From the UHGV virus genome UHGV-0094181: 16,269 bases of DNA; one strand, 5' to 3'. The first letter of the stretch is position 1; every line of letters begins with the position of its first letter. This DNA is from a virus. Under the pieces are notes generated by a model. That model saw only the letters and a list, made by a program, of their open reading frames with translations. It was not told the origin of the DNA and did no database searches. This document shows, piece after piece, positions 7,893-15,370 of this stretch. Made by a program: the position numbers and the translations under genes.

Positions 7893-8135
7893 TTACTTGC
7901 CGAGTGCCTTGTCGATGGCGGAACGAGCCATATCAAACTCATCTGTTTGACGGTCTGCTACTCTAACTACAGCCTGCAGAGCTTCCAGTAATTCAGGCGC
8001 TGCAGTAATGAGAGTCTTGTTTTCCTTGCTCGTCATTTCAAGTGGATATCCCTTTCCAAAGACTATGTGATGCTTGTTTCCCAAGCCCTCTTCATCCCAA
8101 AACCACGGACCGGGAGTTCCTTTAAATTCGCTCAT
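7893..8135 (-). CDS. Hypothetical protein, 80 aa ([11 protein letters not shown]...[10 protein letters not shown]), paralog of ORF 8802-9080
   Basis: AGGAAG RBS 8 nt upstream; shared N-terminal EFKGTPG.W and central AAP(E/D)LLEALQ motifs with the 92-aa ORF. Confidence 0.6.
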   Translation of the reverse strand: MSEFKGTPGPWFWDEEGLGNKHHIVFGKGYPLEMTSKENKTLITAAPELLEALQAVVRVADRQTDEFDMARSAIDKALGK

Positions 8136-8138
8136 AAC

Positions 8139-8288
8139 TCACTTCCTGTGCCACGGAAAACCAATTGCCGCCTTCATATCGTTGTAGGCTGACATCCACA
8201 TTTCACTATCACCAATAAATCGGGCTATTACTGCTTTGTTCTGTGCAGCACGAAGCATCTGGTGATTAATGGCTATTTCATTGTGCAT
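8139..8288 (-). CDS. kil: Kil-like small protein, 49 aa (MHNEIAINHQMLRAAQNKAVIARFIGDSEMWMSAYNDMKAAIGFPWHRK)
   Basis: Below ORF-track cutoff; GGAGG RBS 5 nt upstream; lies between cIII-like gene and gam as kil does in lambda; IA.FIGD motif resembles my recollection of lambda Kil. Confidence 0.5.
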   Translation of the reverse strand: MHNEIAINHQMLRAAQNKAVIARFIGDSEMWMSAYNDMKAAIGFPWHRK

Positions 8289-8407
8289 AACGCCTCCAGT
8301 TGTTTCTTTGCTGCTCTGATTAATTGTTTAACTCGGCGTGATAATTCAGATTCGTGCGGGTAGAAAGCGGACATGACGCCGCTACCCGCGAGCTGAAAGT
8401 GCATCAT
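8273..8407 (-). CDS. cIII: cIII-like small protein, 44 aa (MMHFQLAGSGVMSAFYPHESELSRRVKQLIRAAKKQLEALCTMK)
   Basis: AAGGAG RBS 6 nt upstream of ATGATG; overlaps kil-like start by 16 nt as cIII/kil do in lambda; amphipathic P.ES.L.R....L region resembles lambda CIII core. Confidence 0.5.
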   Translation of the reverse strand: MMHFQLAGSGVMSAFYPHESELSRRVKQLIRAAKKQLEALCTMK

Positions 8408-8473
8408 GGGTAACTCCTTATATTTGATTGCATAACGAAAACGCCTCGAGTGAAGCGTTATTGGTATGCATAT

Positions 8474-8497
8474 AAAAAGGCCCTCACACTGGAGGGC
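8474..8497 (-). terminator. Intrinsic terminator-like hairpin on minus strand (GCCCTC-CAGTGT-GAGGGC then CTTTTTATA)
   Basis: 6-bp GC-rich stem with U-tract on the transcribed strand, upstream of cIII-like gene. Confidence 0.55.
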
Positions 8498-8592
8498 AAA
8501 GAAGATTTCCAATAATCAGAACAAGTCGGCTCCTGTTTAGTTACGAGCGACATTGCTCCGTGTATTCACTCGTTGGAATGAATACACAGTGC

Positions 8593-8805
8593 TTATTCGC
8601 GAGCTTTGAGCATGGCATCAGCAATAAAGTAGGCATCATCTGCTAATTCTTTGTACTGTGGTGAATTCTGTCCACCGCCAAAGGAATGTCCGTCCCATCT
8701 GCGCACTATTGCTGCCATAGCCTTAGCAGCGAAGTAATCACGTAATGTCGCATCACTTGCCATTTCTGGGCGTTTGATATCTGCTTCATAAAACTCGCAC
8801 ATCAT
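8593..8805 (-). CDS. Hypothetical protein, 70 aa
   Basis: GGAGGT RBS; ATGA overlap with upstream gene; not recognised. Confidence 0.6.
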   Translation of the reverse strand: MMCEFYEADIKRPEMASDATLRDYFAAKAMAAIVRRWDGHSFGGGQNSPQYKELADDAYFIADAMLKARE

Positions 8806-9080
8806 TCACCTCCCAGAGCCTTGCTGATTGCTGCCTTGGCTCGTTTGTATTCGGTTAACTCTCTGCACCCTTCGTCATGCTCGTAAAGGAAGACAAGCTC
8901 TTGCAGTGCTTCAAGCAAATCAGGAGCTGCTGCTATCAGTAGCGCATCCTCCCTTTCATTTCTTGTTGCTGCTTCAATGTATGTGTCACCAATCGTCACA
9001 CCATGGAACGTAGTCATCATCTCGTTGACGTTTCTAACCGTGTACTTCCATTTACCAGGCGTACCCTTAAACTCTTTCAT
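8802..9080 (-). CDS. Hypothetical protein, about 92 aa (MKEFKGTPGKW...AAPDLLEALQ), paralog of ORF 7893-8135
   Basis: GAGGTG RBS before ATG at 9080 (ORF-track GTG at 9086 less likely); paralogous motifs. Confidence 0.6.
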   Translation of the reverse strand: MKEFKGTPGKWKYTVRNVNEMMTTFHGVTIGDTYIEAATRNEREDALLIAAAPDLLEALQELVFLYEHDEGCRELTEYKRAKAAISKALGGE

Positions 9081-9102
9081 ATCCACCTCTGTTGTTTATG
9101 CC

Positions 9103-9128
9103 AAAAATAAAGGCCGACTATGCGGCCT
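9103..9128 (-). terminator. Intrinsic terminator on minus strand (AGGCCG-CATAGT-CGGCCT then TTTATTTTTGG) overlapping stop of the 156-aa gene
   Basis: 6-bp stem and U-tract; part of a repeated about 38-bp element (second, degenerate copy at 9631-9667). Confidence 0.6.
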
Positions 9129-9597
9129 AGTAGAATACCCAATTTTCTGTTTCTTGGTTGTGTCCAAAGTTATATTCAATATCTGGTGTTGATGTATCAA
9201 TATTCTTCATCCCATCAACAAGAGTTGATACAACAGCAAAATCTTGTTTGATTCTCATCAAATGGTATTTCTTCCGGCGCAATAAACTTTCAATGGCAAG
9301 TTTCTTCGTCGGGAACGCAAAAGATCTTTCTGCATTTTTTGCTACTTTCTTAATTGCATATCTATTTCTCCTTTGTTTCCATTCCTGTAACCACTGATTT
9401 GGTGCTGGTTTAAAATTAACAATCCAATGCGCAGGAACCAACCATGCATAATGCTCTGTCTGATGAAAAGCTATATATTGAAGTGCGAATATTTTGATTC
9501 CATCTTCTTCAACTGTCGCTTGGAATCTCCAGAAAACAGGCATTCCATCATGTTCAGTTTCTGATTCAGGAAAAGGTACGCTCCATGATTTTGTCAT
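9127..9597 (-). CDS. Hypothetical protein, 156 aa, visibly AT-rich gene (moron-like), no recognisable domain
   Basis: GAGGTGA RBS 5 nt upstream of ATG; own terminator immediately 3'; flanked by direct repeats. Confidence 0.7.
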   Translation of the reverse strand: MTKSWSVPFPESETEHDGMPVFWRFQATVEEDGIKIFALQYIAFHQTEHYAWLVPAHWIVNFKPAPNQWLQEWKQRRNRYAIKKVAKNAERSFAFPTKKLAIESLLRRKKYHLMRIKQDFAVVSTLVDGMKNIDTSTPDIEYNFGHNQETENWVFY

Positions 9598-9630
9598 ATC
9601 TCACCTCAAATAATTCAGTGCAGTGTTTAT

Positions 9631-9667
9631 TCTGTTGTTTATGCCAAAAGAAGGCCGACTATGCGGC
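9631..9667. repeat. Degenerate second copy of the terminator-containing repeat found at 9088-9127
   Basis: tctgttgtttatgccaaaag-aaggccgactatgcggc matches 9088-9127 except for a 2-nt indel and a stem-disrupting change. Confidence 0.75.
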
Positions 9668-9677
9668 ATAATTATTT

Positions 9678-9866
9678 TTAACTATCATCAATACATGGCA
9701 CTTTATTCCAGTCGATATCGTTTTTTGCCGAATCCCACAGGCCTTTCTTTTTGTACTTTTCTGAGCATGGAATGCAGATGTTGTAAGGCCTGCCAACCAT
9801 GTTTACAGATATTCTCTGCATCTCTTCAGATGCCAGAAAGTACCCACAGAATTGACATTTATGCAT
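9678..9866 (-). CDS. Small zinc-ribbon-like protein, 62 aa (CQFC ... CIPC)
   Basis: Two C-x2-C pairs 21 residues apart; GGGGTGA RBS; starts 3 nt after N stop. Confidence 0.65.
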   Translation of the reverse strand: MHKCQFCGYFLASEEMQRISVNMVGRPYNICIPCSEKYKKKGLWDSAKNDIDWNKVPCIDDS

Positions 9867-9869
9867 ATC

Positions 9870-10202
9870 TCACCCCTCATACAGTAGCTTACTGCCTAAT
9901 TTCATTTTCTGGCGACCAACACAAGTCACCCCCATTTCACTGCGTGGCTTGCTGTACCATGTGCGCTGATTCTTGTGCTCAATACGTTGCAGGTTGCTTT
10001 CAATCTGTTCGTGGTATTCAGCCAGCACCGTAAGGTCTATCGGATTCAGTGCGCTTTCTACTCGTGATTTCGGTTTGCGATTCAGCGATAGAATAGGGCG
10101 GTTAACTGGCTTTGCGCTTACCCCAACTAACAGGGGGTTTGCTGCTTTCCATTGAGCCTGTTTCTCTGCGCGACGTTCGCGGCGGCGTGTTTGTGCATCC
10201 AT
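9870..10202 (-). CDS. N: Antitermination protein N, 110 aa
   Basis: N-terminus MDAQTRRRERRAEKQAQWKAANPLLVGVSAKPVNRPILSL matches the lambda N arginine-rich motif and body; C-terminal 25 aa diverge; AGGAGA RBS. Confidence 0.95.
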   Translation of the reverse strand: MDAQTRRRERRAEKQAQWKAANPLLVGVSAKPVNRPILSLNRKPKSRVESALNPIDLTVLAEYHEQIESNLQRIEHKNQRTWYSKPRSEMGVTCVGRQKMKLGSKLLYEG

Positions 10203-10230
10203 CTGGATTCTCCTGTCAGTTAGCTTTGGT

Positions 10231-10446
10231 GGTGTGGTGGCTGGTAGTCTAGCTCCAGCTTGTTGAGTCTCATTCGGAGGGGTATAACCGGCACCCCAGC
10301 GATTTTTCCATGCGACAACGTGCGCGTTATGGCGGCCTTATCGCCCGCGGCTCCCCATCTCGTCCACGCTATTGCTAGCGTTGGGAGCGCTTCACCGCTC
10401 AACAGTAGGTAAGCACTTGCCAGTGACTAGCTGGCTTCACCACACC
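10231..10446 (-). promoter_or_regulatory. Structured GC-rich N leader: 9-bp long-range stem (GGTGTGGTG / CACCACACC) enclosing about 198 nt with two CTAG-containing hairpins (10240-10259, 10419-10435)
   Basis: Complementary segments read directly; lambda has a shorter RNase III-processed hairpin in the same place (recollection). Confidence 0.5.
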
Positions 10447-10470
10447 CCAAAGCCTTCTGCTTTGAATGCT

Positions 10471-10501
10471 GCCCTTCTTCAGGGCTAAATTTTTAAGAGC
10501 A
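10471..10501 (-). promoter_or_regulatory. nutL (boxB GCCCTGAAGAAGGGC; boxA-like TGCTCTTAA) on minus strand
   Basis: Exact boxB hairpin and near-consensus boxA between pL and N. Confidence 0.85.
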
Positions 10502-10533
10502 TCACCTTCATGGTGGTTAGTGCGTCCTGCTGA

Positions 10534-10613
10534 TGGCTTAAAATTACAAGAAAGATTGTATGTTGTAAACAAGAAGAATTGTAAAAAGAGGCGTGAAAAA
10601 CAAACTCCGTTGT
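10534..10613 (-). promoter_or_regulatory. pL / oL region with three 434-type 14-bp operators (ACAAGAAAGATTGT 10546-10559; ACAAGAAGAATTGT 10569-10582; ACAAACTCCGTTGT 10600-10613); transcript start near 10534
   Basis: ACAA-N6-TTGT sites typical of 434 repressor operators; sequence downstream of start (ATCAGCAGGACGCAC...) resembles lambda pL leader. Confidence 0.7.
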
Positions 10614-10740
10614 TTTTAAACGGAAAATAGTTTGTTTTTTGGTTATCGAGATTGAGGTGGGGATTACTGGTTGCAGGTTCCGACTACATCACCAACAAAG
10701 GATTTGGTTGATGTAAGTTGTTGCATACCTGGGATATTCA

Positions 10741-12015
<1,275 letters not shown>

Positions 12016-12023
12016 GACATTCC

Positions 12024-12055
12024 CGCTCTTACACATCCCAGCCCTGAAAAAGGGC
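12024..12055 (+). promoter_or_regulatory. nutR (boxA CGCTCTTACACAT; boxB GCCCTGAAAAAGGGC)
   Basis: Consensus boxA and boxB hairpin immediately after cro. Confidence 0.85.
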
Positions 12056-12115
12056 ATCAAATTAAACCACACCTATGGTGTATGCATTTATTTGCATACA
12101 TTCAATCAATTGTTA
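12056..12115 (+). terminator. tR1-like region (Rho-dependent terminator zone with ATGCA-TTTATTT-TGCAT hairpin) between nutR and cII
   Basis: Position and sequence resemble lambda tR1 as I recall it; no strong intrinsic U-tract. Confidence 0.45.
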
Positions 12116-12134
12116 TCTAAGGAAATACTTACAT

Positions 12135-12428
12135 ATGGTTCGTGCAAACAAACGCAACGAGGCTCTACGAATCGAGAGTGCGTTGCTTAACAAAATCGCA
12201 ATGCTTGGAACTGAGAAGACAGCGGAAGCTGTGGGCGTTGATAAGTCGCAGATCAGCAGGTGGAAGAGGGATTGGATTCCAAAGTTCTCAATGCTGCTTG
12301 CTGTTCTTGAATGGGGCGTCGTCGACGACGATATGGCTCGATTGGCACGACAAGTTGCTTCGATTCTCACCAATAAAAAACGCCCGGCGGCAACCGAGCG
12401 TTCTGAACAAATCCAGATGGAATTTTAA
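12135..12428 (+). CDS. cII: CII transcriptional activator, 97 aa
   Basis: MVRANKRNEALRIESALLNKIAMLGTEKTAEAVGVDKSQISRWKRDWIPKFSMLLAVLEWGVVDDDMARLARQVASILTNKKRPAATERSEQIQMEF matches lambda CII; ORF-track ORF extends upstream spuriously. Confidence 0.95.
   Translation: MVRANKRNEALRIESALLNKIAMLGTEKTAEAVGVDKSQISRWKRDWIPKFSMLLAVLEWGVVDDDMARLARQVASILTNKKRPAATERSEQIQMEF
12144..12157 (-). promoter_or_regulatory. pRE-like CII box (TTGC-N6-TTGC on minus strand) within cII 5' coding region
   Basis: Minus-strand TTGCGTTTGTTTGC at the position of lambda pRE -35. Confidence 0.6.
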
Positions 12429-12449
12429 CTGCTTTCTATGGAGTTAATT

Positions 12450-13250
12450 ATGGCAAAAAAACCTACACCAGACCAGGTAAAAAAGATTCGTTCCGGCATT
12501 ACCAAGAAAATACGGTTTGAGGTTTTCAAGCGCGATGGCTTCAAATGCCAGTACTGTGGGAGTTCTGCGCCAGACGTCATCCTTCATGTCGACCATATCA
12601 ACCCAGTTAGCAAGGGTGGCGATAACGACATGATGAACCTTATTACTTCTTGCGATAGTTGTAATGGCGGGAAAAGCGACAAACTGCTCAGCGATAACTC
12701 AATAATGGAAAAGCAAAGGCAGCAACTCCAGGAACTTAATACCAAGCGAGAGCAACTGGAGATGATGATCAAGTGGCGAGATGGTCTTAAGAGCCTAAAA
12801 GACGATGTTGTTGATATTGTCGCTACCAAAATTGACGACTGCATTGCACCATTTACTGTTAATGACAATGGGCGAAAATCTATCAAGAGATGGCTTCGAA
12901 TATATAAGCTTGAAGAAATACTCGATGCGATTGAGATTGCCGCAGACAAAAAACTCACCCAAGAAATAACCAATGAGCTTACTGGTGAATTCTTTGAGTA
13001 CATCCCTCGCATAGCAGCGACAAAAAGAAAACCGCCAAAAGAACAAAGGATTCTATACATCAGAGGAATCCTTAAAAACCGCATATATATCAATCAAAAC
13101 CATGTAATGAGTTATCTCAAGGCATGGCTTTCATACGACTTAGATCTCGATGAACTTACTGAGTTTGCGAAAACAGTACCTAACTGGACAACGTTCAAGG
13201 AGTGGGTATCTGAACGCATTCGTGAAGCTCAGGAAGAACTCCCGTACTAA
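12450..13250 (+). CDS. HNH endonuclease, about 266 aa (N-terminal HNH nuclease motif, C-terminal domain of unknown function)
   Basis: CQYCG...HVDHINPVSKGGDNDMMNLITSCDSCNGGKSDK is a textbook HNH (C-x2-C, H-x-D-H, N, C-x2-C-N); GGAG RBS 6 nt before ATG at 12450. Confidence 0.85.
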   Translation: MAKKPTPDQVKKIRSGITKKIRFEVFKRDGFKCQYCGSSAPDVILHVDHINPVSKGGDNDMMNLITSCDSCNGGKSDKLLSDNSIMEKQRQQLQELNTKREQLEMMIKWRDGLKSLKDDVVDIVATKIDDCIAPFTVNDNGRKSIKRWLRIYKLEEILDAIEIAADKKLTQEITNELTGEFFEYIPRIAATKRKPPKEQRILYIRGILKNRIYINQNHVMSYLKAWLSYDLDLDELTEFAKTVPNWTTFKEWVSERIREAQEELPY

Positions 13251-13261
13251 AGGTGGACAAA

Positions 13262-14149
13262 ATGGCACGTTCAAGAAATATCAAACCAGGCTTTTTCACC
13301 AATGATGAATTAGCTGAGTGTTCTCCATATGCCCGTCTCCTTTTTGCCGGGTTATGGACTATTGCTGACAAAGAAGGGCGGCTGGATGATCGCCCAAAGA
13401 AAATTAAAGCAATGGTACTGCCTTTCGATGATGTGGACTGCAATGATCTGCTTCAGCAGCTTCACAGTCACAAATTCATCAACCGATATCAGGTAAATGG
13501 CGGCTCATATATCCAAATCAATAACTGGAAAAAGCACCAGAACCCTCACTGCAAAGAAGCAGCCAGTGAGATACCAGAACCAGTAGAGAACAATAACAGC
13601 ACCATGCAAGTACAGTGCAAGGACGATAAAGAGGAAGAGAAGGAGGATGCCGAATCACTGCAAGTCATTGAAAACAATGAAGCACCAGAAAAGCACCATG
13701 CAAGTACAGTGCAAGAACCAGTAGAGAACAGTTTAAATCCTGCTGATTCCCTTAACCTGATTCCTGATTCCCTTAACCTGATTCCTGATTCCCTTTCTAA
13801 CACCCAAGCCGCTGACGCGACTTGTGAAGGGGGTGGGGCTGATGTCCATAAAATTTCAAGTCGCTATGCATTCGAAGGAAATATCGTTCGGTTAAACCAC
13901 AAGGACTACGAAGCATGGAAGCGCCTGTATCCGAACATTGACCTGAATTACGAGCTGGAAAGGCTGGATATCGAATTTAGCCATGAGAAGCCAAAGAACT
14001 GGTTTATCACTGCCAGCCAGAAACTCAGCTACCAGAACAAGCAGGCGTTATCCAGACCGGTACGCAAGGTTGCTAATGGACTTAAGGCTGAAAACTTTGC
14101 CGCCAAAGATTACGGGCAAACTGAAATGCCTTCATGGGCGCAGGAGTGA
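13262..14149 (+). CDS. Putative replication initiator / replisome organizer, 295 aa (occupies the lambda O slot)
   Basis: N-terminus MARSRNIKPGFFTNDELAE...RLLFAGLW...EGRL resembles phage replication-protein N-terminal domains as I recall them; followed by DnaC-like loader; contains iteron-like DNA repeats; AGGTGG RBS. Confidence 0.7.
   Translation: MARSRNIKPGFFTNDELAECSPYARLLFAGLWTIADKEGRLDDRPKKIKAMVLPFDDVDCNDLLQQLHSHKFINRYQVNGGSYIQINNWKKHQNPHCKEAASEIPEPVENNNSTMQVQCKDDKEEEKEDAESLQVIENNEAPEKHHASTVQEPVENSLNPADSLNLIPDSLNLIPDSLSNTQAADATCEGGGADVHKISSRYAFEGNIVRLNHKDYEAWKRLYPNIDLNYELERLDIEFSHEKPKNWFITASQKLSYQNKQALSRPVRKVANGLKAENFAAKDYGQTEMPSWAQE
13577..13798 (+). repeat. Iteron-like direct repeats inside the initiator gene: 16-17 bp repeat (13577-13592, 13715-13730), 24 bp repeat (13598-13621, 13692-13715), and a tandem 21-bp CTGATTCCCTTAACCTGATTC array (13743-13798); candidate replication origin
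   Basis: Repeats identified by eye; the 24-bp repeat is translated in two different reading frames, so conservation is at the DNA level. Confidence 0.5.
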
Positions 14150-14151
14150 AC

Positions 14152-14997
14152 ATGACGCTGGATGAAAAGATCTCCCAACTGGAGAAAAAACTTGCAGAAT
14201 TGAGTTCTCCGCCAATTGCTATCGAGCATACAGCTGTAGAAATTGGCACTGGCATCTGTGAAAAACATGGTGAGTTTGAGCAGCGTAACCGTTACTCGAC
14301 TGGGCCAATTAAGTTTGCCTCAAGACCTAGCGAATGCCCGGAATGCATGAGAGATGCGCTTATTCGGCTACAGGCGGAGAAGATTAAAAGCGACGAGGAA
14401 TCACGTAAGCGCAATGTCGAGTTTCTGTTGAATAATCTTGATATTCCTGAACGATTCAAGGGTTGCACACTACAGAACTACGAGCCAGTCAACGACGATG
14501 CAAAGAGAGTGCTCAGGGTGTGTCAGGCATACGCCAGCAAATGGCCTGAGAGGTTACAGAAAGGCGGTGGGCTGGTTATGTGTGGAAAGCCTGGTACTGG
14601 AAAGAATCATCTTGCACTGGCTATCGCCCGGCACGCAATTACGGAACATCAAAGCTCAGCTATTTTCACAACGGCGCTGAAAATTGCCAGAGAATATAAA
14701 TCAACATGGTCGAAAAACTCCACCCGCACAGAGGATGAAGTGATCCGACAGTTCACTAAACCTGACCTGCTAATTATCGATGAGGTTGGTGTGCAGTTTG
14801 GAAGCGAGGCGGAAAAGATGATCATGTTCGAAATCATCAACACCCGCTACGAGCGCATGAAGCCAACAATCCTGATTAGCAACCAGAGCAAAGATGAACT
14901 GTCTGCATTCATTGGTGAGCGTGTTATTGACAGGATGAATGATGGCGGCGGATGCACCCTTGCGTTTACATGGGATAGTTACAGGAGCAGATCGTGA
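14152..14997 (+). CDS. DnaC/IstB-like AAA+ helicase loader, about 281 aa, with N-terminal Cys-rich segment
   Basis: Walker A GKPGTGKNH and Walker B LLIIDEVG; AGGAG RBS; occupies the lambda P slot. Confidence 0.85.
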   Translation: MTLDEKISQLEKKLAELSSPPIAIEHTAVEIGTGICEKHGEFEQRNRYSTGPIKFASRPSECPECMRDALIRLQAEKIKSDEESRKRNVEFLLNNLDIPERFKGCTLQNYEPVNDDAKRVLRVCQAYASKWPERLQKGGGLVMCGKPGTGKNHLALAIARHAITEHQSSAIFTTALKIAREYKSTWSKNSTRTEDEVIRQFTKPDLLIIDEVGVQFGSEAEKMIMFEIINTRYERMKPTILISNQSKDELSAFIGERVIDRMNDGGGCTLAFTWDSYRSRS

Positions 14998-15284
14998 CTG
15001 GAAAAGAAATCATCCTGGAATATCTGAAAACTCATGAACAATTCTCCCCACATGAATTAGCTCTGATTACCGGAATACCAAATAACAGAATCGCTCAAGC
15101 AGCAAGGCATATGGTGAAACAAGGGTATTTGAGTGTTGTTGAGCGTAAGTGGAAGACGGTTATTTATGCAAAACGCAAAGTGAAGAAGGAGCCAATTAAA
15201 AGAAATCCAGATGGTACGGGGTGGGGATGTGCAAATCCAATGACGGCGTTTATTAATATGGCGCTTATGGAGGTAAGGCAATGA
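14994..15284 (+). CDS. ren: Ren-like protein, 96 aa
   Basis: MTGKEIILEYLKTHEQF...ITG...IAQAA...W.TVIY resembles lambda Ren (recollection); GTG start overlapping upstream stop (GTGA) after AGGAG. Confidence 0.65.
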   Translation: MTGKEIILEYLKTHEQFSPHELALITGIPNNRIAQAARHMVKQGYLSVVERKWKTVIYAKRKVKKEPIKRNPDGTGWGCANPMTAFINMALMEVRQ

Positions 15285-15309
15285 CCATCTACATCACTGA
15301 GCTAATAAC

Positions 15310-15342
15310 AGGCCTGCTGGTAATCGCAGGCCTTTTTATTTG
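15310..15342 (+). terminator. Intrinsic terminator (AGGCCTGC-TGGTAATC-GCAGGCCT then TTTTTATTT), tR2-equivalent position
   Basis: 8-bp GC-rich stem and U-tract on plus strand between ren and the downstream genes. Confidence 0.7.
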
Positions 15343-15370
15343 GGGGAGAGGGAATTGGAGGCTTTAAGAA

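Noticed and set aside
7541-7966. 141-aa plus-strand ORF
   Set aside because: Antisense to the well-supported gam gene; no start context.
8408-8592. Possible small minus-strand ORF in the cIII upstream intergenic region
   Set aside because: Best candidate is about 31 codons with no RBS and runs through the terminator hairpin.
10220-10402. 60-aa minus-strand ORF inside the N leader
   Set aside because: TTG start with no Shine-Dalgarno sequence; lies inside the long-range stem structure; more likely structured non-coding leader.
12584-13093. 169-aa minus-strand ORF
   Set aside because: Antisense to the HNH endonuclease gene, low-complexity Ser/Leu/Ile-rich translation, no RBS.
13546-13803. 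85-aa minus-strand ORF with repeated RESGIRL units
   Set aside because: It is the reverse-strand reading of the iteron-like repeats inside the initiator gene; repetitive low-complexity artefact.
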